A stretch of DNA of 63,758 nucleotides, the filler included, from Kipferlia bialata (taxonomy: Eukaryota): NCBI GenBank assembly GCA_003568945.1. It is 4 parts of 4 records of this genome, joined end to end, with 100 filler letters (N's around TTAATTAATTAA, not from the genome) between each part and the next. Parts side by side here need not be neighbours in the genome. Positions count along the whole stretch, not along the records: positions 1 to 19,234 come from BDIP01000436.1; 3 more parts are not named here. One strand, given 5' to 3'. Below are positions 1 through 13,139 of the stretch, in pieces (position 1 is the first letter of the stretch; each line of letters starts with the position of its first letter). A model generated the notes under the pieces. That model made no database searches. It was not told the origin of the DNA and was given only the letters and a program-made list of their open reading frames with translations. The position numbers and the translations under genes are program-made.

Positions 1-48
<48 letters not shown>
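1..48. repeat. (GA)n microsatellite in an intron, probably at a contig edge
   Basis: Pure GA run directly visible. Confidence 0.95.
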
Positions 49-50
<2 letters not shown>

Positions 51-53
51 TAC

Positions 54-880
54 CTGGCATGGATGTCCTTGAGGAGGGCACGGAAGGGGGTGATGCCAAT
101 GCCTGGGGGTAAGGTAGGAGGGAGAGAGAGAGTAGATACGGAACGGTATCAGAGTATCACTACAATAATGGAAATACGTATCATACCTCCAGCGATCATG
201 ATGCAGGGGGCGGTCTCGTCCTTGAGCAGGAATGACCCAAAGGGACCCCTGACGTGGATGGGGTCACCAGGCTGCATGGCAAGGAGGGCCTAAGATGAGG
301 AGAGAGAGAGAGAGAGAGAGATAGGCTGCATGGCAAGGAGGGCCTGAGATGAGGAGAAAGAGGGGGGGGGGAGGGGGAGAGATACACATAAGGAAGAGAG
401 TGGGGGGTTTGCATAGGTACAGAGCGTGAGACAACAAGGTATATAGTGATAGACTGTAAAAAGCATCCGACCCCCACCTTCTTGAAGTCACTGGGCTCCT
501 CGGCTATCCTGGTGCCCATCATCATGAAGCCCTCCTCTGTGGTGGATGCGATGGACATGGGTCTGGGGTTACAGGGGGGGGGGGTAGGGAATAGGCATAT
601 TAGCGGTGATATTTGATGGGAAGAGACAAATTGTGATCTGACACTAATTCACCCTGCGCCACTCACACACGTATATCAAATACTAATACACTACCCCCAC
701 CCACCTGAACCTCCCCCCCTTGGCCTTGAGGCCCTTGATGGTGTACACAGCGTGCTCACCAGCCTTCCACTCTCTCTCCCCCTCAAACTTGAAGACATAG
801 TTGTCTCCAAAGGCCCTCTCTGCACTCACAAGACGAGCAGTGGAGGTGTGGAAGGCACCGAGGTAGTCACAGAATCCCAT
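54..880 (-). CDS. FNR-like FAD/NAD(P)-binding oxidoreductase (ferredoxin-NADP reductase superfamily), 3'-incomplete
   Basis: Spliced exons 880-705, 562-478, 289-187 and 102-54 give MGFCDYLGAF...FKFEGEREWKAGEH...RFRPMSIAS...PSDFKKALLAMQPGDPIHVRGPFGSFLL...MIAGGIGITPFRALL. This has the RxxSxAS flavin motif, GPFG and the IAGGIGITPF NAD(P) motif. Confidence 0.9.
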
Positions 881-1116
881 ATCGATGGTGTTGTTAGTTG
901 TTATTAATAGGTAGAGAGCACCATTACGCCTTTGATTCCTTGAGGTGTGACGTTTGTTCAGAACCAATGAAAATGAAAGGCCAGAAATGTCTCGGAAAAT
1001 GCATCTCTCCAAGAAATCAATTCACACAATTCTGATTCTATTAGTCACATGTAGACGTGGTGATACACACACCAGTCTCAGGGGGATACCCCCTTACAAT
1101 ACCAATCTCCATACAC

Positions 1117-3844
1117 TTAGTAGTGGAGGAAGGAGATGTAGGGCTTGGAGCCAAACATGTAGTCGTAAGACTGGTTCTGAAGGTCAGTGGTGTCAATATC
1201 TATACATATATAGTATCATACATGCCACACACACTACGCTAGCTCACCTTGTGGTCGGAGGAGTGGCATGTGATGTAGGCCTTGCCGTTCTTGACCTGGG
1301 GGGTGAGGGGGGTTATAGGGAACAAATACAGAGAATCATACTGCATCAGGGAGTAGAGGGACCAGACTCACTCACATCTACGTATTGGTATGTATATACA
1401 TGTCACATACCTCTGTGACAAGTGTGGCATGGGCAGAGGAGTCGGAGCAGGAGGACTTGTGGTACCTGAAGAGTAAGGTAGGCTACATACATGCACATAA
1501 TATGCAAATTATCATGGATAAGATATATATACATCCCCACGTACACAATGACGTCACCGGGCACGATGTTGGAAGGGGTGGCCAGCTTGTGTCCACATGT
1601 CTTGGTCCACCCATGGTGCTGGGCAAGGCAGTTGTCTGGGGTGAGGGGGATGGGGTATATACAGGATATGATATGAGTATATACCACATCAATGCACACT
1701 ACTAGGGTATGCACAGTCGTACCGAGGTTGTTGGCGCCGACCTCCTCCTTGCCACAGGGGTAGCCACGGCAGGGAGAGCCTCCTGGGGGGTTAGATATAT
1801 GTATAGAGAGAATGAGATACTCATATATATAGGGACCAAGGAGGGACTAGCATCTACCAACCCTACACGTACCGTTGAGGTTGGGGTGTCCACCGGCAAT
1901 GAGGGACTGGGAGACAAAGTTGGCACAGTCACCACCCTGGGAGGGGAATCCACAGCACTCAGAGCCCTATAGTGAGAGAGAGAGACAGAGAAAGCGCACC
2001 CAGTAGGACCAGGGGGTACACTGGGATATACACATACACTATATCCACTACATGTTCAACTCACCCAGTAGGACCAGGGAGTGCACTTGGAGTATGAGGT
2101 GGAGCAGTCGTGGTTGCAGGAGGAGTACCAGGAGTAGGCGTAGTTCACGGCGGTGCTCTTCTTGTAGCTGCCGAGGGGGGTGGGGAGCAGGGCTGGGGGT
2201 CAGCCGAATGTACCACAGAGTGTATATACAACGATCACTATATAGTAATCACCCACCTGTCTCTGGCTCCTCAGGGAATGCCTCCCTGAGGTAGTATGAT
2301 GCCATGGTGGCTACCCACTCCTGCTCGTCCTGGGTGGCAACCTCAAGGAGGAGGCCTGGGGTGAGGAGACACAGAGAGATGGAGAGAATGTGTCACAATG
2401 TGTGTATTATATATGTATACATGTGTACCTGTGCAGTCGGGTCCGTACACAGACACGGCCACTGTGACGGCTCTCATCCTAGCAGTGGGGGTGGGGGCCA
2501 TGGTGGCAATGGAGTGCAGCCTGGAGGTGAGTGCTAGTATATGAATACACGGGTAGGTGTATATATAAATGTAATGCTAGGCCTAGTATATGTATACATA
2601 TAGCGGCCATGATGGCAATGGAGGTGGGGGACTATAAAAGAAAAAGGGGACATATATATACACATATAGTAGATCGTGTACCCACCTCCTGAGTCCGAGC
2701 ATCTCATCAATCAGACCAGACCTCACCATGGGGGCAACGGCAGCGGCCTGGGGGGGTTAGCGCCATGTATATAAACATATATATACATAGCATAGATGCA
2801 GGGTAGTGTACGTCACATAGTGTACCAGCGATACCCACCTGAGCCTCGTAGTCTCCGAGGAACATGACCCTGAAGTCGTTGATGAGGGCAAACTCCTCAT
2901 AGCGGAAGAGGGCGGCAGGGACGTCGGTGATGAGCACGTCCCTGGGTGTGAGAGGCAGAAGAAAATAGAACAAGAGAGAGGGCAGGAGAGAGAGAGGGGG
3001 GGTGATGTAGTGTGTGTGCCGCACATGATGTCTGTGTTCCCTGACTGCATCCATGTCTTGAGCATGGCAAGGCCCCTGGCATCGTTGAAGTGGGAGAGAC
3101 GGATGGCAACGGCAACGGTCAGGGAGTCGGAGCCACGGGCCTCGGCCTCGGCAACTGGGGGTCAGACAGGCAGAAGAGAGAGAGACGGGGGGGTGGTGGA
3201 GAGAGAGAGAGATACGTACCGAGTCCGTTGAGGATGTACTCCTTGAGCTCTGGGACGGCATGGGCCCAGCGGGAGAGCACAGAGGGGAAGGTCCTGGGGG
3301 TCAGGGTGAGTGCACAAAGAGGTGGTATCAGTCCATATACTGTATATATACATGTACACAAAGTATGATACATACCCACACCGATGACCACATCACATAT
3401 GTGATACACCCATACCTGCAGACAGACATGTCTCCCTCGGCCTCAGAAAAGAGGGACAGGATGGTGTACACGTCAGCATAGGACTGGGGGGTGTAGGAGC
3501 CGATCTAGAAGTCAGGGGGGAACAGGAGTGTACTTGTCAGGGAGAGGTGTATGGAACATGTCAAGTGTATGTAAGAGGCCCTTGCACGCCGCACTTCGAC
3601 ATATGGCTTGAGAATCACAGGATACACATACCCAAAACACACACAAGAGAGTTAGCAACACATAGGACAGGTAAATGGGTCACATAGATGTGCCGACTAC
3701 CAAACACATTGACTCTAATACCTCGTGCATCTCAGCCCTCTTGGCCTCAGCGGTAGGGGCATTGCGGAAGTGGCGCAGCTCGTGGTCGAGGTCGGCAAAG
3801 ACCAGGGCCACAATGGCAAGCAGACACACAATAGCGGTGCGCAT
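1117..3844 (-). CDS. Secreted protein with helical N-terminal region and C-terminal Amidase_6-type (NlpC/P60 clan) putative peptidoglycan amidase domain; multi-exon
   Basis: Signal-peptide-like start MRTAIVCLLAIVALVFA. Spliced C-terminus contains YKKSTAVNYAYSW, GGDCANFVSQSLIAGG (Cys codon 1927-1925), PGDVI, SAHATLV and YITCHS, then TAA at 1119-1117. Confidence 0.8.
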
Positions 3845-3977
3845 AATGAGTCTTGAAAAGAGAGGACTCAGAGAACGGTGACTACCCCTTTTGTGTTAGT
3901 GGACCCTTCTAGCTTCTAGCTCCCAAAAAAAACTCTGCGCGGGTAAAGGCGCATTTCTGACTGCCTATCATTAGTGC

Positions 3978-4802
3978 ATGGCTACCCTAGAGGATCAGCT
4001 TGAGGCGATAGGGGGAGACAATGGCTTCTGCTATGATACCGACTGGCAGCCCAGGACAGCCTCTGGAAAGCTGAAGTCGCCAGGGGTCATTAGGGGGGAG
4101 ATCACTAGGTGTGCGAGTGTACTTGTCTCTCATGTTGTCGTTGCGCATATATGTACATATATTGACACCAGGTTCCTTGCCAAGAAGACCATGACGCAGA
4201 CAGAGTTCCTGAGGAGGATAGGGTGCAACCCCGGCAGCTACCATCGGTTCATGACTGGAAAGGTATGGGAGTCACATTCAGATACACTCTGTGTACTATA
4301 TACTATATATGCATGCGGCTGACACTCTAGTACAAGGACCCCTGGAGTGCCACGTCCAACCAGACCTACATGACCGCTGCCATATTCCTAGCCAAGGAGA
4401 AGATCCGGGTCAAGATTGCCGAGAGGGACGAGAAGGTGTAACAGGCATATACTATTATTATGTGCAATTGGGAGAGAGACTGACCCCCAGGCCAGGCTCA
4501 AGGCTGCCAAGGCCCTAGCCAAGAAGGAGGGCAAGGGTGCGGCTGCCAAGACCAGTCCTGTCAAGAAGGGTCCCTCGGCAGCAGCCATCAAGAAGGCAGA
4601 GGTATCAAGGAGCAGTACTCTATTGGCATTATGACTTGTCACTTCCCCCCCCTCACCCTCAGAACGCCGCCCTGCTAGCTGCCATCAGTGCAGTAGATGT
4701 GGCGGTTGGGGCCCCTGTCTATGACTGCTGCGACACAGTGCGGCAGAAGATCAACAGATTCATAATCAGCTCAGGTGTGTTGCTGGACACACACACACAC
4801 AC

Positions 4803-4837
<35 letters not shown>

Positions 4838-5166
4838 AATTTCTAGGTGTCACTATGGCTGCCTTCCTCCGTTGCATCGACATCAACTCTGGCTCCTGGG
4901 CCGCCTTCTCCAAGATGAAGGGGGCGGGGGCAGGGGCCGCCAATGCCATATACCCAGCCGCATACAGGTACCACATCATAACCGTAATATATATTATTAG
5001 TCCAGTGGGAGTATGCCGTCTCACCCTCAGGTTCTTTGAGCAGTTGCGGCTCAAGGACAACAAGCCCAAGTCCAAGAAGAGGCTGGAGGCAGAGGCCAAG
5101 CTAGGGGCACGGGGGTACATGCTGAGACATGACAACGGGATGCGGTATGTGGTGGTCAGGCGGTAG
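3978..5166 (+). CDS. Protein with two tandem DUF7726-like (putative HTH-like) domains; 7 exons
   Basis: Exons 3978-4108, 4172-4262, 4331-4435, 4491-4601, 4663-4774, 4847-4967, 5031-5166. Motif PVYDCCDTVRQKINRF..GVTMAAFLRCI...IYPAAYRFFEQLRLKDNKPKSKKRLEAE is paralleled by N-terminal IRGEITRFLAKKTMTQTEFLRRIG. Family assignment is from memory of mostly fungal homologues. Confidence 0.6.
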
Positions 5167-5431
5167 TGCCAGCATCAGTGTGTAGTGTAACAACAATAGT
5201 GAATAGAGTATTCGTAAGCACATCCTTACCAGTCATCAGAGACTATACATAGATATTTATACTCTTTTCTGGTATCTTATAGACAAACTGCTCCTTTAAA
5301 GACCTCTACGGCCTAGGAGACTTGGTATACAATCAGACCCGACAATAGGGATCAGTCACGCACACACACATATACACACACACACCCGCTCACACTCCCA
5401 TATACCCTAAGGACATAGGGGGCGAGGTCTC

Positions 5432-5462
<31 letters not shown>

Positions 5463-5464
<2 letters not shown>

Positions 5465-5601
5465 ACTTGGAGGGTGCATCCAGCACAGCAGCAGCGGCGT
5501 CCAGTGCTGCGGCAGTCTCTGCGGCCTGGGCGTCTGCCTCAGCCACTGCCTGGGCCATCAGGACCTGGGGGGTTAGAATATAATGAATAACTACACACAC
5601 A

Positions 5602-5641
<40 letters not shown>

Positions 5642-6679
5642 CTACTATACCACTACACCCACCTCGTTCCTGGCCATGATGGCCTCCACGTCCTGCATGT
5701 CAACCTGGGCACCCTTGGACCCCTTCCTCTTACCCTTGGCATACACACTCTTGACAGGGGCCTTCTTGACTGGGGTCTTCTTCTTGGGAGCAACCTCAAC
5801 TGGCTTCGTCTCAGCCTCTGGCTCCTCTACAGTGACACCCTCAGCCTCAGCCTGAGGCTCAACCTCAGCCTCAGCCTCTGGCCTGGTCTCAGTCTCAGGG
5901 AGGGGTGCCGCCTTCACCTGCCTCTGCCTGACCCCCTTGGTCCTGCCGTTCCGGCCCCACCCCTGCAGGGTAGAGGGGTACGCAGAGAGCAGGGCCCTCT
6001 CAACAGCCCTGATGGTAGGGGTCCTACTGCCCTCCGGCAGAGAGGCCACATAGCCAGGGAGGTCCTCCTGTACCAGAGTGTTGAGGTCTGTGGTGGTCAT
6101 GCCATTAGGGCACAGACACACTGCGGCATGTAGTGCTGCACCACAGTCCCTGACATAGGCCTTGGCAGCGGCATTGCCAGACAGACCGAGGGGGGCGAGG
6201 GGGACAGGGGTAGAGATCTCAGGGTGGGTCTCATCGACGACGGGGGATACAACCCTAGACACAATGGGGGTCTGGGTGGATGTCGACTCCCTCACCCGTC
6301 TCTCAGGTACAGGGGACTCGGGCTCCTCCTCTGCCTCTGCCTCCTTAGCCTCCACCTTCTCGGCCTGCTCAGCCTCTGCCTGCTCAGCAGCCAGTCTCTC
6401 TCTCTCTGCCTTCCTCTTCCTGGCCTCTCTCCTCTTCTGGTTCTTGCTCTTCTTGACAGGCTTGGCCTCAGGCTCAGTCTCAGCCTCAGTCTCGACCTTC
6501 ACTGCCTCTGCAACCTTGGGTGTCCCCACCTTCTCTCCCTTCTCTCCCTTCTCCTTCCTCTCTCTCTTCTTCTTCCCCCTCTTGGGGGTGTCCTTGGGCA
6601 CTCTCTCCTCCACTACGTCCTCAGGGGCAGAGAAGTACCCCTCATCATCTGAGCCAGGGTCACCGCGGTACCCAACCCA
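5463..6679 (-). CDS. Hypothetical Lys/Glu/Ala-rich protein, 3' exons only (5' part lies in the N gap)
   Basis: Long open frame 6679-5662 with canonical acceptor and donor, last exon 5564-5463 ending TAG, strong coding codon bias. Confidence 0.7.
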
Positions 6680-6707
6680 CCTGGGGGTGAGGGGAGACAG
6701 GGGAGAA

Positions 6708-6750
<43 letters not shown>

Positions 6751-6785
6751 GTGGGGGGGGGGGGGGGAGGGGGGGGAGGGGGGGG

Positions 6786-7378
6786 NNNNNNNNNNNNNNN
6801 NNNNNNNNNNNNNNNNNNNNNNNNNNNNNNNNNNNNNNNNNNNNNNNNNNNNNNNNNNNNNNNNNNNNNNNNNNNNNNNNNNNNNNNNNNNNNNNNNNNN
6901 NNNNNNNNNNNNNNNNNNNNNNNNNNNNNNNNNNNNNNNNNNNNNNNNNNNNNNNNNNNNNNNNNNNNNNNNNNNNNNNNNNNNNNNNNNNNNNNNNNNN
7001 NNNNNNNNNNNNNNNNNNNNNNNNNNNNNNNNNNNNNNNNNNNNNNNNNNNNNNNNNNNNNNNNNNNNNNNNNNNNNNNNNNNNNNNNNNNNNNNNNNNN
7101 NNNNNNNNNNNNNNNNNNNNNNNNNNNNNNNNNNNNNNNNNNNNNNNNNNNNNNNNNNNNNNNNNNNNNNNNNNNNNNNNNNNNNNNNNNNNNNNNNNNN
7201 NNNNNNNNNNNNNNNNNNNNNNNNNNNNNNNNNNNNNNNNNNNNNNNNNNNNNNNNNNNNNNNNNNNNNNNNNNNNNNNNNNNNNNNNNNNNNNNNNNNN
7301 NNNNNNNNNNNNNNNNNNNNNNNNNNNNNNNNNNNNNNNNNNNNNNNNNNNNNNNNNNNNNNNNNNNNNNNNNNNNNN
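6786..7378. other. Assembly gap (N run) flanked by G/C homopolymers
   Basis: N run visible. Confidence 1.
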
Positions 7379-7461
7379 TTTATATTTCCTTTTTTTTGTT
7401 TTTTTCCCCCCCCCCCCCCCCCCCTTCTCTTCCCCCCCTCTCTCCTCACTCTCACCCTTAG

Positions 7462-9701
7462 GACAAGTCTGGGCTGACCTCCATCCCCATCTTCTCGTCT
7501 GAGACCAATGTGCGCATGCTCAACCTCCAGGGCAACAGGGTGCAGATTGTACAGAACCTGGACCACCTGCCCAACCTCATCTTCCTCGACCTCTACAACA
7601 ACCACCTCTCCTCCTGTGGGGGCATCGACACACAGGCACCCAGGCTCCAGATACTGCTGCTGGGCCGCAACCAGCTGACTGATCTGCACGGGGTGGAGGG
7701 ACTGGTGGACCTCGACATCCTGGACGCCCACTCTAATCGGATAGCACACGTCAGACCCGAGGGGCTGCCTCTCTCCCGCCTCTCCCATCTACGTATCCTC
7801 AACCTGTCCGACAACGCATTAGGGGTGATCCCTGCGGCTGTGGCGGCTCTCCCAGCCCTGGCAGAGCTGAACCTGAGGCGCAACAAGATCACCCACACAG
7901 AGGGGCGGGCCCTCACTGGGTGTCCCTCCCTGGCCCGGCTCTTCCTGTCCTCCAACCAGATCTCATCCCTCGACGACGTGGCACCCGTCTTCCGCCTCCC
8001 CGCTCTCACCGAGCTGTCTCTCTCTGGCAACCCTGTGGCCGAGGACCCTGGGTATGTGGACGACATCCAGCAGCGCACCAAGAGCAGCCGGGCCTTTGCC
8101 TTGGTAGGGGATGCCAAGAAGACCCGGGCCAGGCCCTCCTCTGCCAGACCCACGAGGGAGAGAGAGAGGGTGGACTCGGGGCAGGGGGAGAGGCGCACCC
8201 GGCCCATGTCTGCCAGGCACCCCGGGGGGCAGAGGGATAGGGGGGACAGGGAGGCACTCACCCCAAGGCGGAAGTCTGCCCCAGAGCCAGTGGCAGGCCC
8301 CACCGACATAGCATACCCCGTCACTGCACCCTCTAGGCAGTACTGGAGAGACATCGAGAGGGGGGGCAGCACGGGTGTGGCCGAGGAGGGGTCCAAGTAC
8401 GTCGTGTACTCCCCCTTTGCCGAGGTCAGGCTGTGCTCTGCGGGTAGGACCAGCCTGGCTAGACCCCTATCAGTCAAGGCAGGCACCTCCGTCGAGAGGT
8501 CTCTCTCTGAGTGTAAGCACCAGCCCTTTTTCGACTTTGCCATTTATGGCCCCGTGTCCCTGGCCTGCCTCCCCTCCCTTGCCTCCTCCCTCACCCCATT
8601 CGTGGCATCACTCCTCTTAGGTCGGTCTGGCCCAGGGATCCCGGCAGCCAGGCTGTCATCGTCAGGTATCCACTCTTTGTCGATGTATACTATACTTGTA
8701 CATTATTTGTTGCACGTAGTCACCCTAACGCAGGTGCTGTCCTGCTGTCCGGCCCTGTGCAGGACATGCCCTATCACTACCCCCCTGCTGCGCCTGCCAA
8801 GAGAGAGACCTCTGCCCCTGTGAGGAGGGAGTCCTCTGTCCCCCACCCCCCCTCTGACTCCTCCTCTTCCTCTGAGTCATCCTCCTCCTCAGACTCATCG
8901 GACTCCAGTGACGCAGAGGGGTCGTCATCGGATGATGCACACGAGGACCAGGAGGCGGAGGCCCCTGTGTCAGAGACACCCTCCCAGGCCAAGGCGAGAC
9001 GGCCCTTGCTAGTACCCAAGCAGGAGGGGGTCGACACCAGTGGCCTGTTCACTCAGACCCACACGGTCACAGCCCTCACGCTAGTCCACGTGCCGTTGTT
9101 CCGCACTGGGGGTCCCCCCTCCAAGCGCACTCCCCCTGGCCTGCCCAGCGACTGTGACCAGGCCCTGTCCTTGGTAGAGGCCACTGGGGTCAGGTCCCTC
9201 AGACGCCTCACCCTCGTGCACTGCAACCTGTGCCACCTGGCAGAGCTGGCTGTGCTGCTAGGCCCCCTCCGCATATCAGAGCTGCTCATCAGGGACTGCC
9301 CCATCCTCTCACTCAAGCTGCTCATACCCTTCATCGCATACAGGTTCCCAAGTATAGAGCGGTTTAATGGGCGCCGGATCACGAGTAAGGAGAGGTCCAC
9401 CGCCAAGGTCAGGTTTGGCCCAGTTGCCTCCCTCTTCTCCAAGGTGTCCAGCCAGCAGCGGTACCGTCTCCTCCCCGTCCATCTGAGGAGTGCCGTGTCT
9501 CCTGGCCAGCCCACAGGGCAGTACGCCGGACTCCCCCCCTCGAGGTCAGGGTCCAATGTGGATGCACCGGTCAGGGCCATGCTGGATGGGTGTGTGGTGG
9601 GGGACATACGCACACGCATCATTGACAGCGAGATCAGTGACGCGCTCAAGACGTATGAGACGGCAGGCGACCAGGATTCCGCCGATCTCCTCAGAGTGTG
9701 A
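7462..9701 (+). CDS. LRRC49: Leucine-rich repeat protein 49-like (tubulin polyglutamylase complex / centriolar satellite LRR protein), 5'-incomplete
   Basis: SDS22-type LRR order LNLQGNRV..LIFLDLYNN..LLLGRNQL..LDAHSNRI..LNLRRNKI..LFLSSNQISSLDD..LSGNPV matches the LRRC49 pattern. One intron 8666-8733 restores frame into a C-terminal region with IAYRFPSIERFNGRRIT. Confidence 0.75.
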
Positions 9702-9884
9702 TACACTGGCTGCTTCAGTGTGTTTGTACAATTTCTATAGTGTTGTTGGGTGTAGTGTAGTTGGGTATTCCCATTGTGTTGGAGCCTCATTCTTTACGCG
9801 ATCTATTTGAACATGTGATAATAAAGAGGCAATGCGTCAGCACTGAGTGTGTGAGTCCCTAGCTATATAGTTACTGCATGAGAG

Positions 9885-12800
9885 TCACTCGATGTCACCG
9901 AACAGCAGCTGCTGGGCCCCCATCCGGGCAGACCCTGCGTTGAGTAGCAGGATATCCTCGTAGTCGCAGAGGAAGGCGTCTACCCTGGCCACCAGGGTGG
10001 ATAGGATGGTGGGGCAGGAGACAGAGAGCTGGGGGTGGAAGGCCTCAGTGATAGAGGCAACCACACCGCCGACAAACTCAGCAGTCTCTAGGGAGAGCAC
10101 CTCCTCCATGAGAATCAGCAGGGGCTCCACCAGCTCCAGAGAGAGGTAGCGCAGGGCGGAGGAGAGAGAGGGGGCTGGGATGGCGTCTCTGAGGACGTGC
10201 AGGGTGTACTGAGCTGGGGACCGACCCAAGAGCATAGGGTTGGACCCAGCCTCGCCGTTGCCCAGCTTCTCCTGCCAGGCCATGTGCACTGCATCTCTGA
10301 GAGTGTCACCCACATCCCTGACATGTACAGTGTCTAGGGAACCAACGCCTCCTCTGGTGGCGCCCTCTCTGATCTCAGCAATCTGGTCCCACCCTCCCCC
10401 TTGCCGCTCACCGGCAGCGAGGGCGGCGTCCACCTGCCTCCTCTCCTCGTCAGCTAGGAAGGTGGCCTCATCTGTCTGGAAGTACACACGGATGTCACGG
10501 CCCTGGCCAGCTGCCACGACAGCCCTCTTGGCACCTGCCAGACAGGACAGGGGAGCGGGGGTGGAGAGGGTCTGCACCCTGGCCCAGGTGTCGGCATCCC
10601 AGAACACAACCTGGCGTCAGGGTATATATACATATGCATCAGCTGTATATGTATTCACTGTGTATATGTGTACCCATATGTGTACCCACCTGTCCGTCCT
10701 GTCCACATGTCATGACGTGGTGGGTGTCCCTCACAAAGTGCACTCCAGTGACTGGGCCGTCATGGCCACGCATGGCCCTAAAGGTAAGAAAGAGAGGTGG
10801 GAGTACAATGAGTCACCAACATATGTAGTGTATATACAGCTGCTACCCTACCTGTGACAGTCTCCAAATGCCCCACCCCAGATACGCAGTGTCTTATCAG
10901 CAGAGCCAGTGGCCACAAGCTCCCCATCTGCTGACACACTAATGTCCCTAACTGGAAGGTGGTGTCCGTACAGAGTGAAGACTGGCTTGAGGGTGTCGCT
11001 GTGGACCACCCTCACTGAGGAGTCAAGCAGGGCGGCGTAGATCCTAGCGCCATGCATGCACACACATGACACGGCATCCCCCATATCGGCACTCCTGTCC
11101 AGGAGCAGTCCCAGCCTGGGTCCCCCTGTTTCCTGCTCTGCCTCCTCAGACTCATCCTCAGAGTCACTGTGCTCAGACTCAGACAGCATGTCGCCCTCCA
11201 CCATCTCCAGCCTCCATACTCTGATCATGTGGTCGCTGCCCACACTCACAACCTCTCCGTCACCCAGGGCAAGGCCTGTGACACTGCCCTTGTGGCCCCT
11301 CAGTCTCTCGCACACCCTGCCGTTCACCATATCAACCACCTCCAGCACACCACCAGCAGTGCCAATCACACAGTGCGTGTTACCAGGCAGCAGCACTGCG
11401 CACCTGGGCTTAGATGACACACATGTCACAGTGGCAATGGGTCTGGACGTGGTGGACCTGTGCAGCAGGGCACGGCCTGGGGACACAGTCAGCACCACAT
11501 CTGCCTGTGCAGAGATGTCTAGGCATGTGATGCTCTCCCTGTGGCCTGGGCCTGCCAGGGCATAGCGGTTCTCCTTCTCCACAGTCTCCCCCTCCTCCTC
11601 CCCGCCTGTCTCCCTCACCCTGTGGAGTATGGCAGAGTTGTTGGCCAGGGACACCAGCACATCTGTCCCCCTAGGGTCTGCCCTGGTGACCCTGGCCTTG
11701 TGCAGCCAGGACTGGCCCCTCATGGCAACCACATCAGTACCTAGGAAGGGGACAGCCACAGCCACGTCCTCGTCTCCTGCTGCCTTCCTCTCCTTCTTCT
11801 CCCTCCTCTTGGTGCGCCTCTTGTGCTGCTTCATCGCAGAGGCCATGTTCCTGACAGTGCCCGATATGCACCTCCTCTTGCCCCACACAGCCACCTTGGC
11901 CACGTTGTCAGACAGAGAGAGAGAGGTCACCATGGATACGTCCTTGCCCTCCTTGGGGGCACCCGACGCACCCACAGCGGGGCCTGCACTCACGCCAGAC
12001 ACAGGGAAGGGGATGTCCACAGTGCCGATGAGGTACAGGCACTGGGAGACAGAGGGGGCTGCCAGGTCAGCAGCCAGCTCTGTACCGTCCACTGAGGCAG
12101 TCTCAGTCTCAGCAGGTACCACCTCAGCCGACACGTCTCCCTGGAGGGGTGCCCCAGACAGAAGCACTGTCTCTGCTGTGCCGTATAGCCTGAGCACGGC
12201 CTCCCCCTTGACAGCCACAAGCACAAGGCTGGTGAAGGTGCCAGCGATGATGCCACCCTTCAGTATCTGACCAAGGGCCACCCTCTCGGCATCCCCCAGG
12301 TCTCTCTCCTTGGCCCTCTCTGCCAGCCTCCTGACCACAGCCGCACTCCACTCATTCTCTACTGCTGCCACTCCCACAATCACATCGTTGAGGGCAGAGG
12401 ACTGGATGCAGGTCTGGGTGGTGAGGTCAAACACACGCAGCACCTTGTCACCTCCTCCACTCACAATGCACTGGCGGCCCTTGCTGCGCACCAGGGCACT
12501 AGCGTTGACTGGAGCCGAGTGTGCCCTGACCCTGATCAAGGCAGACATGGTGAGGGTGTCCCACAGCACAGAGGTAGTGTCGGCAGAGGAGGACACAAGA
12601 CGGTCCCCGTTGAAGGCCAGGTGGGTGATGCACGACGTGTGTGCGTGGAGGGTGGCCTCTATGCTTGGGAACTGATCCTCTGAGGTCAGGCTGAACAGCT
12701 TGATACATCCATCGTGGAACCCAAGGGCAGCCACGCCTGTCGCAGCGTGGAAGGCCACGGCAGTCACCTCCTGCATCTCTGTGTTCTCCATCCGCTTGAC

Positions 12801-12950
12801 CAGCTGGCCCTGCCTCATGTTCCACATCTGACCCATCTCCCAGGCTGCACACACTGCAGTGTTGTTGGTGGGGCCCATCACAGCACCGGCCCCACTGCAC
12901 ACCATCCCAAGGACCGTCTCAGGTTCCCATTTCAGATAGGAACGTGGCAT
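9885..12950 (-). CDS. UTP12: U3 snoRNP-associated WD40 protein Utp12/Dip2/WDR3
   Basis: N-terminus MPRSYLKWEP..LGMVCS, many WD repeats, and the signature TLYGHHLPVRDISVSADGELVATGSADKTLRIWGGAFGDCHR. Exons 12950-10852, 10777-10690, 10610-9885. Confidence 0.9.
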
Positions 12951-13139
12951 GCAACAGCAAACTACTACTGGGGACCTAGACTGCTGTCGCTATTGCAAAG
13001 GAAGATATGTACCTGGTTGCTCGGTTGAAAACCCTTTTGGGATTTTTGATTTCTCAGAAGGCTGGTTGAGCCGCAAAATGACTCTTCACTGCAATGAGTC
13101 TTGCAAGAAAGATACATGCGTCCTTCTTAGAGTCACGAC

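Noticed and set aside
6162..7788. Long ORFs spanning the N gap
   Set aside because: Artefacts of translating Ns
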